The notes beneath the pieces were generated by a model. It was not told where the DNA came from. It did not search any database and saw nothing but the letters and a program-made list of their open reading frames with translations. A stretch of 64,000 nt of DNA, taken from Acidimicrobiia bacterium (lineage in GTDB: Bacteria; Actinomycetota; Acidimicrobiia; Spongiisociales; Spongiisociaceae). The translations under genes were made by a program, and so were the position numbers. Below, piece by piece: positions 31,325 to 41,631 of this stretch. The DNA lies in the NCBI GenBank assembly GCA_041576165.1, contig JBFGLM010000020.1:1-64000 (forward strand). The letters are read 5' to 3'. Positions within the stretch are counted from its first letter, which is position 1; each line of letters starts with the position of its first letter.

Positions 31325-31850
31325 GACGCCCTCCCGCGCGGGACGACTCAATTGAGGCGAGCGCACCTGCGAACCGTTTCTTGGCCCGATGCAGTCGCTG
31401 GCCGGCGGCCGCCTCTGAAATGCCGAGCGCCGTTGCGATCTCCGCGGCCGAGAGCTCCTCCCATGCCGCCAGGCGGAGGATTTCCCGATCGGACGGCCGC
31501 AGCGTTTCCAGCGCCGCCAGCGCTGCCGCGTCCTGCGCCCGCCGCACCGTCACCTCCTCGGGTGGAGCCGGGTCGGAAGGAGCCAGGCCGGCAATCTTGC
31601 CGACCAGCCGCCGCTGTCGATACCGCGACCGCCAGCGGTTGGTGACCACCCGGTAGGCGACGCCGTACAGCCAGGGGAGCGGCCGATCCCAATCGATCTC
31701 CTCGGCCCGCCTCCAGGCGATGGCGAACACGTCGGCGGCGGCGTCGTCTGCGTCGGACGGCCCGACCCGGCGGATGCAGTACGCCAGCACCTGTTGATGG
31801 TGCCGCTGATACACCGCCGTGAGGCGATCGGCATCTTGCTCGGTTCGCAC
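31314..31850 (-). CDS. ECF RNA polymerase sigma-70 factor
   Basis: DADDAAADVF.IAWRR; WLYGVA; LSAAEIA..LGIS...RLHRAKKR. Confidence 0.92.
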   Translation of the reverse strand: MRTEQDADRLTAVYQRHHQQVLAYCIRRVGPSDADDAAADVFAIAWRRAEEIDWDRPLPWLYGVAYRVVTNRWRSRYRQRRLVGKIAGLAPSDPAPPEEVTVRRAQDAAALAALETLRPSDREILRLAAWEELSAAEIATALGISEAAAGQRLHRAKKRFAGALASIESSRAGGRHGH

Positions 31851-32071
31851 CTCGCGCTCCGGTTGCCTGACCAGGCGTAGTTGTCCGGATGTCCTTCAAT
31901 CTTGACACGTCGAGACATCCCGCGGCAGCTGCATTGGCGATGGTGAGCGCCCCCGGCTCGGACGGCGAGAAACAAGCACCCGGGCTCTTGTGGGAGGCGT
32001 AGTATTCGTAGGTTGCACGGGAGGTCCGAGGGTGTCTTCCCGCCTCCCGGTGTGCGGAGAGGAGCAGCACG

Positions 32072-32464
32072 ATGGCCCATCCCCACTACGACCTCTTGCA
32101 AGGCCTAGACGAGGCGTTCAACGCCGGCGACTTCGACGCCGTTCTCAATCTGCTCACGGACGACTTCACGATCCACATTGCTGGCCGCAGCAAGATGGCC
32201 GGCGATCACACCGGCAAGGAGATGTTCGCCGGTCTGATCGGTCAGTACATCGAAGTGCTGGGCCCTGAGCCGCAGATGGAGACCCACGCCATCCTGGCCG
32301 ATGACGAACACGGCATCATGCTGCAACGGGTCCGGGCCACCAAGGCAGGGCACAGCGCCGATATACGGACTGTGAACATCTTCCACTTCGACGGCGGGAA
32401 GCTCTCTGAGATGTGGAGCTGGGACGAAGACCCGTACCTGGCCGACGCGTTCTACGACTCCTGA
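32072..32464 (+). CDS. SnoaL/NTF2-like protein
   Basis: AFNAGDFD; AGDHTGKE; IFHFDGGKLSEMW. Confidence 0.85.
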   Translation: MAHPHYDLLQGLDEAFNAGDFDAVLNLLTDDFTIHIAGRSKMAGDHTGKEMFAGLIGQYIEVLGPEPQMETHAILADDEHGIMLQRVRATKAGHSADIRTVNIFHFDGGKLSEMWSWDEDPYLADAFYDS

Positions 32465-32504
32465 TCGTTCCGCCGCCCGCTGCTGGGGTGAGCTGATCCT
32501 TTGA

Positions 32505-32529
32505 GTCGGGCGGCCCGTCGCCGCCCGAC
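32505..32529 (+). terminator. GC-rich hairpin after the SnoaL gene
   Basis: GTCGGGCGGC-N5-GCCGCCCGAC. Confidence 0.45.
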
Positions 32530-32687
32530 CCTGCCGCACGCTGAGTCAGACGATGACGGCCGGGCGGTGAGCGGTCGCCGGCGGTTCGATCTCAGGGTTG
32601 TCAGGGTGTGGCCGGGGTGACCCCCAATAGTCGGCCGCGTCATCGGCCGTGCATGCTGATGACAAGAGTCCGAAAAGGGAGTCACCC

Positions 32688-33038
32688 ATGACCACCGAAG
32701 TCCCGCAAACCCGGGAATCGCACCACTGGGCGGTCGGCGCCCATCTGTCGGCGCTCGTCGCCCTGTTCGGCATTCCGTCGCTGCTCGGCCCTTTGGCAGT
32801 GCTGCTGTTGCGTAGGGGCGACCCGTACGTCGAAGCCCAGGCCAAAGAGGCTTTGAACTTCAACATCTCATTCCTGATCTACGGCCTCGTGGCCGCCGTG
32901 TCGGTGCTGCTCCTTGTGGGCTTCATCGCGCTGCCGCTCGTCATCGTGACCTGGTTCGTGCTCGTGATCGTGGCGGCTGCGGCGGCGTCCCGAGGCGAGG
33001 ACTACGAGTACCCGTTCACGATCCGGTTCATCAACTGA
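32688..33038 (+). CDS. DUF4870 membrane protein
   Basis: AHLS; QAKEALNFNIS; YEYPFTIRFI. Confidence 0.85.
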   Translation: MTTEVPQTRESHHWAVGAHLSALVALFGIPSLLGPLAVLLLRRGDPYVEAQAKEALNFNISFLIYGLVAAVSVLLLVGFIALPLVIVTWFVLVIVAAAAASRGEDYEYPFTIRFIN

Positions 33039-33256
33039 TCGGGGGCGCACGGCGCCGGTTCTGCCCGGGATCGGTGCGGCGACGTCGGATCGGGCGGCCA
33101 TCATCTCCGCGCCTAGACCACCGGTGGGCCCCGTGTCCTTGACGTGAACGTCTCCGCGTCTGGCTGGCCGTGGATGTCCGGCAGCGTGCTGGTGGAGATG
33201 CGGCCACCTATTGCGGCGATTGCGAGCCGCTGCCGTCAGGTCGTAGGGTGCCGCGT

Positions 33257-33964
33257 ATGGATCATGCGCACGTGTACGAAGCCGGTCGGGAGCGGATCGC
33301 CGCCCTTCTTGCCGGCGCTCCGGATGGGGCCGCTCGCTCGGTCCCGGCCTGCCCGGGCTGGACGGTCAAGGACGTGGTTGCCCATCTTGCCGGGCTGGCG
33401 GGCGACTGGCGGGCCGGCAACCTGGCCGGTTACGGCGGCGAAGAATGGACGGCTGTCCACGTCACGGCCCGCCATGATGACGACATCGAAGGCATCATGG
33501 CCGAGTGGTCAGATCATGCCGCGGCGATGGCTCCTGCCCTCGCCGATCCAGAGGCGGCCGGGCTACCCAATTACATGCCGATGATCGTGATCACCGATCT
33601 GGCCGCCCACGAACACGACATCCGAGGTGCCTTGGAGCGGCCCGGCGCGCAGGACTCTGAAGCAGTGCACATCGGCCTTGCCTCGCAGATCGGCGGACTC
33701 CGGCTGCATTTCGCTCGCCTCGGCTTGCCGCCGCTCGGGGTCGAAGCGGTTGGTCTGCGCGACTGGATGGTGGGCCGTGGCGACCCGGTGGCTACGGTCC
33801 GGGGTGACGGCTTCGACCTGTTCCGGGCCACCGGCGGGCGGCGCACCATCGGCCAGGTCAGGCAGCTCGATTGGGAAGGCGAATCCGAGCAGTTCATCGA
33901 GAATTTGCTGCAACCACCGTACAGCTGGCCCGAGGTTGATTTTGAGCGGGCGAGCCGTCCGTGA
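33257..33964 (+). CDS. Mycothiol-dependent maleylpyruvate isomerase (MDMPI/DinB) family protein
   Basis: VPACPGWTVKDVVAHL; HEHDIRGAL; GRRT. Confidence 0.85.
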   Translation: MDHAHVYEAGRERIAALLAGAPDGAARSVPACPGWTVKDVVAHLAGLAGDWRAGNLAGYGGEEWTAVHVTARHDDDIEGIMAEWSDHAAAMAPALADPEAAGLPNYMPMIVITDLAAHEHDIRGALERPGAQDSEAVHIGLASQIGGLRLHFARLGLPPLGVEAVGLRDWMVGRGDPVATVRGDGFDLFRATGGRRTIGQVRQLDWEGESEQFIENLLQPPYSWPEVDFERASRP

Positions 33965-34033
33965 GCTGCGCAACCAGCGTCCTCTTTGAGCATGCGCACC
34001 GCCCGGCGGTGCGGTGAGAGCCGTGTCTGCCTA

Positions 34034-35419
34034 CTACCCGGCGGCGGTGTTGATGAAGCGCGGCACCTTGCCGGTCGCCGGATCTCGTTCCAGCACGTCG
34101 ACCTCTGTGGCCGTGACGCGGGCGGTGGCTCCGGCCGCGGCGAGCGCGGCGGTGACGTCGCTCTCGACGCGTGTGATGTCGGCAGGTCCGCTGGTGACCA
34201 GCGCCAGCTCGATCTGACTGCCGGTCGGGACCGCGGTCACGCGAGCCTGATACTCGCTGATGGTCTGGTGGCGCAGCAGGGCTGACCGGACAGTGAGCGG
34301 GTGGACGGTGATGCCGTCGATGGTGAGGAGTTCGTCGTTGCGGCCGTTGACGGTGGCGCGCTGATGGCCGTGCTCAGATGCGGGCGGGAGCTCGGTCATC
34401 GAGTCGTCCATGCGGTAGCGGATCAGGGGCTGAGCGTGACTTGTGAGGTTGGTGACCAGCACGTGGTGGGCAATGGTGCCGGCCGGAACGGGCTCGTCGT
34501 CGGCGTCGACGAACTCGATGATGGCCCGGTCGCTAGCGAACGTGAACTCGTCGCTGCCGGGCGGTGCCGTCCCGGTGAGCCCCTCGGTCGATCCGTATGA
34601 GTTGCCCGGCCGGATGCCGAATCCGGCCACCATCCGCTCAACGTGGTCCGGCAGCAGCTGCTCAGCAGTGGTCAGCATCATCTTCGGTTCGATCTTCAAC
34701 AGGTTGGCCGTCGCTGCATCGCCCAGGCGAGCCAGCACCGAGGGATACCCGACCAACACCGCGGGGCGGGCGCGGTTGAGTCGTGCGACGATCTCCTCGA
34801 AGTGCAGCGTGACCGGGGCGTACGTGATCGTCGCTATGGACGACAGCACGCGGGTCATTGAACGAGTGGCATGGACCGCGCTCGGTGCCATGACCATGGC
34901 AACAGGGATCGGGAATGGAGGCGGCCAGCCCGTCGTCGCCGTGACTTGAGCCATACCCGCCCGGAGAACCGCTGCAGTGAAGTCGGCTATCCCCTCGTGA
35001 GATAGTACAAACACGCCACGAGTGCCGGAACTGCCGCCGGACGCGAGCGTGATGTAGTGGTCGAGCAGCAGTTCGGGTTCTTCACCGACGCCGGCCAGGT
35101 GGCGTTCCACCAGCCCCCGGGTGAGGCGGCGATCGGTGAAGACATCGTCGAGCTCGGTCATCATGTCCTGCTTGGTCATAACCGGCAGCTCCGCCAGGCG
35201 ATCGAGAGTGAAACCCTCGGCATTGATCTTCGCCAGCCGGCGCCGGTGGAACGGCGACCAACTGGAAGCGGTGCGCACCAAGTTCGCGAGCGCGGTGTCT
35301 TGGTGTGCTCGCAGCCGCCAGCTGTCCCAGCTCAGGCGTTCCACGTGCTGGGGCATGACGGTCACGAATTGGGCTGCAGCTTGCTCGATCCAGGTCGCAG
35401 ACGCGGTGCGGGGGCTCAT
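34034..35419 (-). CDS. Phenylacetate-CoA ligase-like adenylate-forming enzyme
   Basis: SGGSSGTRG; YGSTEG; PLIRYRMDD; TGKVPRF. Confidence 0.85.
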   Translation of the reverse strand: MSPRTASATWIEQAAAQFVTVMPQHVERLSWDSWRLRAHQDTALANLVRTASSWSPFHRRRLAKINAEGFTLDRLAELPVMTKQDMMTELDDVFTDRRLTRGLVERHLAGVGEEPELLLDHYITLASGGSSGTRGVFVLSHEGIADFTAAVLRAGMAQVTATTGWPPPFPIPVAMVMAPSAVHATRSMTRVLSSIATITYAPVTLHFEEIVARLNRARPAVLVGYPSVLARLGDAATANLLKIEPKMMLTTAEQLLPDHVERMVAGFGIRPGNSYGSTEGLTGTAPPGSDEFTFASDRAIIEFVDADDEPVPAGTIAHHVLVTNLTSHAQPLIRYRMDDSMTELPPASEHGHQRATVNGRNDELLTIDGITVHPLTVRSALLRHQTISEYQARVTAVPTGSQIELALVTSGPADITRVESDVTAALAAAGATARVTATEVDVLERDPATGKVPRFINTAAG

Positions 35420-36024
35420 CTGGCGACTCCTTCGGTCGTGGCCGATTGGGCCAGCTCGGCGATGGTGCGGACGAACTCGTCGACGTCGACGTCGACGACG
35501 GCTAGGTGCTCGATCACGAGACCGGTATTCACGGCCAGCAGAGCGACGGCGAGTTCGCGAGCCGGGCGGTCACTGGGCCGGCCCAACCTTTCGAACAAGT
35601 GCGTTAGCGTCGCGGCCACCTTGGCGATGGTGCGCTCGTGCATAGCCCGGTAACGGTCGTTCAATTCTGGACGGCGCCAGGCATGGATACGGAACTCGGT
35701 CAGTGCCGCCTGCCACGCAGGGCTGCGCACCGAGACCGAGAACGCATCGCGCATCACGTCCTCCACCCGTCCGTCCTCGAGCGAGTCGATCAACCGGTCT
35801 GTCGCGCGCTGGCGATCCTCGATGCTGACTTCCAGGACCGCCAGCATCAGGTCGTCCTTACTCCCGAACTGGGAGTAGATAGCGCCCTTGGAGAAGCCGG
35901 CTTCCTCGGCAATAGCGTCGACGCTGGCGCCGTGATAGCCCAACCGCTCGAAGTGCTGCCGGGCCGAGGCCAGGATCTTCTCGCGGTTCGCCCGAGACTG
36001 CTCCGCGCGGCTGAGGCGTGTCAT
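35416..36024 (-). CDS. TetR family transcriptional regulator
   Basis: GYHGASVDAIAEEAGFSKGAIYSQFGSK. Confidence 0.93.
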   Translation of the reverse strand: MTRLSRAEQSRANREKILASARQHFERLGYHGASVDAIAEEAGFSKGAIYSQFGSKDDLMLAVLEVSIEDRQRATDRLIDSLEDGRVEDVMRDAFSVSVRSPAWQAALTEFRIHAWRRPELNDRYRAMHERTIAKVAATLTHLFERLGRPSDRPARELAVALLAVNTGLVIEHLAVVDVDVDEFVRTIAELAQSATTEGVAR

Positions 36025-36062
36025 ACCAGTAGTATTAAAATACTATTAGTATTAGAAGTCAA
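36023..36062 (-). promoter_or_regulatory. Probable leaderless tetR promoter with palindromic operator
   Basis: AT-rich; AGTATT-AA-AATACT palindrome at 36031-36044; TTGACT on the minus strand; no RBS before the ATG. Confidence 0.6.
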
Positions 36063-36087
36063 GCGGTATCTCCGTAACCGTATCCAA

Positions 36088-36165
36088 GCTGTGGCTGTGG
36101 CTGTGGCTGTGGCTGTGGCTGTGGCTGTGGCTGTGGCTGTGGCTGTGGCTGTGGCTGGGGCTGGG
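36088..36165. repeat. Intergenic hexanucleotide microsatellite (GCTGTG)11 + (GCTGGG)2
   Basis: Counted directly in the sequence. Confidence 0.95.
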
Positions 36166-36171
36166 GTGGCG

Positions 36172-36825
36172 CTACCCGAGGCGGGGCGGAATCTGCCGCT
36201 CGCCGTGGGCGTCGAGGTACCACGACGGTGCCGTCATATCACCGCGCCAGGCGAACAATGCCAGCAAAGCCCGGTTGCCGGTGCGGATGGCATGCACGGC
36301 GTTGCTGGGGTGAAGCGAGTAGGTGCCGGGCGGTACTGCTCGGAAGCCGGTCCCGCCCACTGCGAACTCGGCGTAGCCGGCCAGCGGCAGATAGATCTCG
36401 ACGGCCGGGTGGGCATGAGGCGGGTACAAGGTGTTGGGTCCCAACACGAACGCGCCGAGGATCACGCGGTCGGAGTACACCGGTCCGTGGGGTCCGACTA
36501 TCTCGCCATTGGCGAATTCGTTGAGGAACGGCCGAGTCCAGTCGTCTTCCGCGTAGAAGCGCGTCCAGTAGGCGGCGCCAACAAGCGGCGCAAGCGCTTC
36601 GGCCAGATCGCGGCACCGGTCGTCGCGAGCCTCGGCCAGCATCGCCCCGATATGACGAAGGCCGGGCGGCGCCTCGCTGACCACTGGTCGCGCCGAACCA
36701 CGCGCATCCCGGATGAGCCGCCCGAGGATGGCTAATTCTCGGCCGAGTGCGCCTCCGACGGCAGCGTCTGCTTCCAGCCGGCCGCCGACGTTCGAGAGGA
36801 AGTGTTTGGTGCGCTCGTCGCTCAT
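36172..36825 (-). CDS. DMSP lyase-family cupin (DddQ/DddL-like)
   Basis: EIVGPHG; LGPNTLYPPHAHPAVEIYLPLAG; HPSNAVHAIRT; LLALFAWRG. Confidence 0.75.
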   Translation of the reverse strand: MSDERTKHFLSNVGGRLEADAAVGGALGRELAILGRLIRDARGSARPVVSEAPPGLRHIGAMLAEARDDRCRDLAEALAPLVGAAYWTRFYAEDDWTRPFLNEFANGEIVGPHGPVYSDRVILGAFVLGPNTLYPPHAHPAVEIYLPLAGYAEFAVGGTGFRAVPPGTYSLHPSNAVHAIRTGNRALLALFAWRGDMTAPSWYLDAHGERQIPPRLG

Positions 36826-36945
36826 ACCGTTTCTGGCAGCCTCACAGGTATCAACCCTGCGTGAGTCGCAACGTTCCCGAATGAGCCGGAAGCCCCTGTT
36901 CGACTGTGTACCGAACCCCTACGGTCGTGGTGTTGGAGGTCATCT

Positions 36946-37203
36946 GTGCGCACGCTGGACAAGAACCGGGCTCCCATCCGGCCGGACCATCGGCCGCCAA
37001 CGTCGGTTCATCGACGAGGCTGGCTGCGAACGGTGGCGGGCTGGTTGATCCTGTCGGTCACCTTCCTCGTCTCGCTCTGGTTGGCGGCGGCCGCCGTGCT
37101 GGCCTTCGCCGAGGGTTATACGCAGGACGCGCTGTTCTTCTTGTTTGTCGCTGTTGCCGGCTTGTGGCTGATGCCCCGTATCCGCAGGTGGAGCCGGGGT
37201 TGA
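36946..37203 (+). CDS. Small two-TM membrane protein
   Basis: GGAGG RBS; two hydrophobic helices. Confidence 0.5.
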   Translation: MRTLDKNRAPIRPDHRPPTSVHRRGWLRTVAGWLILSVTFLVSLWLAAAAVLAFAEGYTQDALFFLFVAVAGLWLMPRIRRWSRG

Positions 37204-37206
37204 AGG

Positions 37207-38553
37207 TCAAGGTAAGAACAACCTGGTGCGCGTCACGACCCGGTTGAGGTCGCCGCTCTCCGTGTTTATGGCGACCAGCGCTACCTGGTGAGGCTCCATG
37301 TAGCTCGGGTCCTCGCCCATCTCACACACGACCAGCCAACTGTTGGCGAATTCGATACAGCCAATCGGATGGTCGACCGTCCACCTTCCGAGCTCCTCAC
37401 CTGTACTCGTGTCGCGCACTGCCACCACCGGACTCCAGAAATGGTTGAGCGCAGCCGGGTCGGCATGATCGACGTAAGCGAGGCTCCGCCCGTCTACCGA
37501 CAATGCCGCCAGCCCGGCATAGTCATCACCCAACAGGTCGATGCCGATCGACGTGGTCAGGTCGGTGAGATTGCCTTCGGCGTCGCCCAAACCCTGCACG
37601 ACCGTCCTAGCCCGCTCGATGAAATATACGGTCTCACCATCTTCGAGAGACTTGAACGGCACGGGGGTGGCCGTTTCTTCGCCGGTGTCGGGATCGAACA
37701 TGCGCCACTCATCAGCCCAGCAACGTTCGAGGACCAAGACCTGTCCGTTGCGCGACATCAGCTCCGGGCATTCCGACTCCACCGCTACCGACGGGTCCCG
37801 CACCTGCACGACTTGCGACAGGCCCCGGTGCCGCACCGCCGCCCAGTCCCCCTCCACGTCGTGCGCGCCGTCCGCCCACCAGTTCGTCACCCACTCGCCC
37901 GAGCCGCCTTTCCAGATTTCGAATGCGTTGAATCGTTGCGCCACCACCCGCACCGGCATGTCGGACCCGAACAACGACTCGACCAGGCCCGGCGAGGGCT
38001 CGGACGGCACCAGGGGAGGGAGATCGTCGATCACGAGCTGACCCTCGAAGGTGCCGATGTTGAACACCTTCTCTTCGCCCGTCGAAATGTGGGTCACCCT
38101 GACCCCGGAGGAGGCCTGGGCAGTGGTCGGATCAACCAGGCCCGGGCCCAGGGCAACCACCTCGTACGGACCAACGCAGGCCTCGCCGGCACATTGGCGG
38201 CGCAGGTAGTCGGCCGGGAGCTCGTCATCGGCCTGACCGTCCAACTGGATGCCATTCCCATGCGCTGACCAGGCGGCCTGTTCATAGGCGCCGGCCGCCA
38301 GCGCGGCCAGGTAGTTGGCAACGTGCCGCTCGGCCTCCTGGGTGGTCCACGCCACCTCGGTGGGCGGCTCCGGCGTGGCAGTCGTAGTGCTAGCGATCGT
38401 GGTGGTGGCTGCGCTCGTTGTCGTGGCCTCGGCCGTCGTTGACGACGTGGTCGTCGCAAGAGCGGTCGTCGGCGCGGATGTGAGCTCGGCGGAGGATCCA
38501 CCACCGGAGCAAGCCACAACGACCACCAACCAAGGTAGGAGGACACGGTGCAT
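37207..38553 (-). CDS. Hypothetical lipoprotein with Thr-rich linker
   Basis: Lipobox VVVAC; poly-Thr; beta-rich C-terminus. Confidence 0.75.
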   Translation of the reverse strand: MHRVLLPWLVVVVACSGGGSSAELTSAPTTALATTTSSTTAEATTTSAATTTIASTTTATPEPPTEVAWTTQEAERHVANYLAALAAGAYEQAAWSAHGNGIQLDGQADDELPADYLRRQCAGEACVGPYEVVALGPGLVDPTTAQASSGVRVTHISTGEEKVFNIGTFEGQLVIDDLPPLVPSEPSPGLVESLFGSDMPVRVVAQRFNAFEIWKGGSGEWVTNWWADGAHDVEGDWAAVRHRGLSQVVQVRDPSVAVESECPELMSRNGQVLVLERCWADEWRMFDPDTGEETATPVPFKSLEDGETVYFIERARTVVQGLGDAEGNLTDLTTSIGIDLLGDDYAGLAALSVDGRSLAYVDHADPAALNHFWSPVVAVRDTSTGEELGRWTVDHPIGCIEFANSWLVVCEMGEDPSYMEPHQVALVAINTESGDLNRVVTRTRLFLP

Positions 38554-38643
38554 GTATCTCAGACGCTGAAACCGTCCAGCAGGTTCCAGTCCGCGGCCTC
38601 GCCACTTCTACACGGCGCGGTCACGAGGTGAGCAGCCTGGACT

Positions 38644-39066
38644 TCACAGGAGTTGCCCCGCATCGATCGGATCGATGCGTGCCAGGCCGTCTACGTCGTC
38701 GAAAGCACGGTCGGGGGACACAATCACGTCGATCCGCGATTCAGCGCAGGTTGCGACGTGGACGAGGTCCCTCGCCGAAAGTGCCTCGAAGTAATGCACC
38801 ATGCCGGTCATGCGCCGCATGACCGCGTCGGTGATCGGGAGCACCGGTGCGAAGATGTCGAGGGCTGCTTCGGCCATCGCCACCCCCCTCGTTCGGTCCC
38901 CGATGGCCACGAAACGATGATGGATCTCCTGGATCACCTCGGCTGATGTCACGGCGTCGACTCGCCGCTGGACGATGGCCTCCAGAAGGGACCGACATGG
39001 CTGCTGCATGGGATGTTGCGACCCACCGGCATACATGATCACCGCGGTGTCGATGAAGAAGCTCAC
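38644..39066 (-). CDS. vapC: VapC PIN-domain toxin
   Basis: FFIDTAV; TSAEVIQE; LSARDLVHVA; SPDRAFD. Confidence 0.88.
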   Translation of the reverse strand: MSFFIDTAVIMYAGGSQHPMQQPCRSLLEAIVQRRVDAVTSAEVIQEIHHRFVAIGDRTRGVAMAEAALDIFAPVLPITDAVMRRMTGMVHYFEALSARDLVHVATCAESRIDVIVSPDRAFDDVDGLARIDPIDAGQLL

Positions 39067-39314
39067 GAAACCTCGCCCAACGCACCAATCTCGATTTCCT
39101 CTTTCATTGTGTCCCAATCAGGTGCCGGAGCATCTAGCGAGAACAGCAACTCGAGCGCCGCCTTGCCGTCTCGTCGGGTCGGGACCAGATAGGCATCAAT
39201 TGCGGCGCGTATCACCGCCCCCAGCGATGACTGTTGCTCCTCTGCGAGTCGCTCGAGTGCCTGTCGTTGACCGGGAGTGAGGAGCACCTGTGTGCGTTCC
39301 GAATACATGCACAT
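39063..39314 (-). CDS. Ribbon-helix-helix antitoxin (VapB/CopG-like)
   Basis: RTQVLL...SLGAVIRAAID; 4-bp overlap with vapC. Confidence 0.82.
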   Translation of the reverse strand: MCMYSERTQVLLTPGQRQALERLAEEQQSSLGAVIRAAIDAYLVPTRRDGKAALELLFSLDAPAPDWDTMKEEIEIGALGEVS

Positions 39315-39342
39315 ATCATAACATGTGTCACCCGCAGCAGAA

Positions 39343-39936
39343 TCACGCCGGCGCCCACGTACTAGGCGAGATCGAGCAGCACGACCGGCATGCCGAGCGT
39401 GGCGAGCTGGCCGGTGTATAGCGCCACGACGCACAACCCGCCCGCAGCAAGCGCGGCCTCACCGAGGCGGACCAGCCAGCGCGGCGCCCAGGATCCTTGT
39501 CCCTCCGGTGAGAGAAGGAAGGGCACAATCCCCACGACGCCGACGGTGCCGATCCATCGCCCCGCGACCCGATGAACCCGGCCAGCTGTATCGGGGTCGG
39601 ATCGGTAATGCGGTCGGCAACAGACACCAGCGCCATCCAGGTCGTGAACGCCGCCAGGCCGACACTCACCGAGACGATGGCCACCATCTCAGCGGAGGCC
39701 GTCGCCATAACCCCAACCGGATTGCGGCGGGCGATGAGCACTGCCGCCAGCGCCGGCAGCGGAGCGCCCACCATCCACAGGCTGAGGTGTCTCACAACCG
39801 GGGCCGGGCTGGCAGCAACCGCCGCCACGTAGTCGGCCACGTTCCCGTCCGTCACGGCGGTATCGAGGTCGGTACCGGTCGAGGCCCACACCCCGGCGCC
39901 GACCGACATGGTGGCGGCGCCCGCCAAGGCGATCAC
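39343..39936 (-). pseudogene. Degraded multi-TM membrane protein fragment
   Basis: Hydrophobic helices, then a frameshift into non-coding-like text; no RBS or clear start. Confidence 0.4.
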
Positions 39937-39939
39937 ACC

Positions 39940-41056
39940 CGCTGTTCGTCCTCGGATGGCGGCCGGCTGCTGCTCGGGCTATCCCGGGCCAGCGTCCACG
40001 GACGCGACCAATTGTCGCCCATCCTGACGCGCTGACGGACACGGCCCGCCAGGCGCTCGAGGCGCGGCTCGACGATCCGGTCGGGGCGCTGGCTGCCATC
40101 GATCCGGGACTTGCCCACCAGCTCGGCGTCTGGCTCGACACACCCATGGCTGGCGGTGCCTGGACTACGACCCGGGTTCCCCGACACTGGCCGAGCGGCC
40201 GGCCATCGTGACCCGCATGCTGTTCGACGGGGTGTCGCCTAGTTCCAACGGCGACGACGTGCGTGCCGCGGCTGAAGCGGAGGCCCGCGCGCGACTCGCC
40301 GGGGATGGACTTTCCGAGTTCGAGCCGCGGCTGGCGGTGGCGCGGCGGGCCTATCCCAACCGGGAGGAGAACGTCGTGACGTCCGACCACCTGCCCAGCG
40401 GGTTGATCCGCCGCTGGGTGGTAGAGGCCGGTCGCCGGCTGGTCGATCGCGGCTTGCTGGCGCGGGTCGACGACGTGGTCTGGCTGGACGTCGATGAGAT
40501 CATCGAGGCGCTGCTGGGCAATCCCGGGCGATTTGGCTGTGTCAATCACGTGCCGCAGGTCGGAGTACGCATGGGTGCGTTCTCATCCCGGGTCCGACTT
40601 CATCGGCGAGCGGGATGAACTGCCCGATATCTCCGCCCTGCCCGGGCCGATGCGCCGGACCATTTCGGCGCTGCTGTGGCTCCTGGACCAGGAGTTCCCG
40701 GCCGGACGCGAGCAAGACGACGGCGGCGAGTCGATCGTGACAGGCAACCCCGCGTCACCGGGAACGGTGACCGGGCCCGCCCGCATCGTGCTGGGCGAAT
40801 CCGACTTCGCCAAGGTCGGTCCGGGCGACGTAATAGTCTCGCCATAGTCTCGCCGATCACTACGCCGGCCTGGACGATGCTGTTCTCGATGGCGGCCGCG
40901 GTCGTGGCCGACGGGGGAGGCGTGCGGTCCCACGCCGCGATAGTGGCCCGAGAACACGGGATCCCGGCGGTGATCGGCGCACCGGGCGCCACGGCCACCG
41001 ACGGCCAACTCGTGACCGTTGACGGAACTACCGGGCGGGTGGTGGCTGCGAACTGA
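39940..41056 (+). pseudogene. Frameshifted C-terminal part of a PEP-utilising enzyme (PEP synthase/rifampin phosphotransferase-like)
   Basis: GNPASPGTVTGPARIV; TTPAW; DGGGVRSHAAIVAREHGIPAV; split over at least three frames; 11-bp duplication at 40833-40854. Confidence 0.8.
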
Positions 41057-41101
41057 ACTACCCGGTGACGGCTGGCCCGGGCGCATAGGATCGCGACCGA
41101 G

Positions 41102-41575
41102 ATGAGTGGCCCGTCCCGGTTGCTGGCAGCTGCGTTTCGTGCACCCGACGTGGTCTATCGCGTGGGTCTCGGGTGGATGCTGGGCCGGCGATTCCTCGAG
41201 CTGACCCATCGAGGCCGCAAGTCCGGCCGGGACTACAGAACTGTGCTCGAAGTGATCGCTTTCGTGCCAGATCGGGAGGAGAGCGTTGTGGCCTCCGCAT
41301 ATGGCGTCGGGGCCGACTGGTACCAGAATCTCATGGCGGGTGGGGCGGTCCGCGTCAGAACCGGGCGCCTCGATTACGCGCCCGAACACCGGGTCCTGGG
41401 TGCGCAAGAGGCGCAGGAGGTTGCAGCTGGGTTCGTCGGCCGCCATCCCTGGGAGGCCCGGCTGGTGCCACGCGTACTCCCCGCCATCGGCGCCGCCCCA
41501 CCCGAAGGCGCGGCCGGCGATCCGGCCGGCATGCTGGCGAGCTTGCCGCTGGTCGCATTTCGGCCGCAAGAGTGA
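41102..41575 (+). CDS. F420-dependent DDN-like nitroreductase family protein
   Basis: THRGRKSGRDYRTVLE; ADWYQNL. Confidence 0.85.
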   Translation: MSGPSRLLAAAFRAPDVVYRVGLGWMLGRRFLELTHRGRKSGRDYRTVLEVIAFVPDREESVVASAYGVGADWYQNLMAGGAVRVRTGRLDYAPEHRVLGAQEAQEVAAGFVGRHPWEARLVPRVLPAIGAAPPEGAAGDPAGMLASLPLVAFRPQE

Positions 41576-41631
41576 TCTGCAGGGGCTTTTCGCTCGAGCA
41601 CCTGGAATTCGCGGCCGATACCAGCAGGACA

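Noticed and set aside
35638-36735. 365-aa plus-strand ORF with an (AV)n run
   Set aside because: Shadow ORF antisense to tetR and the cupin gene; the AV run is just the translated microsatellite.
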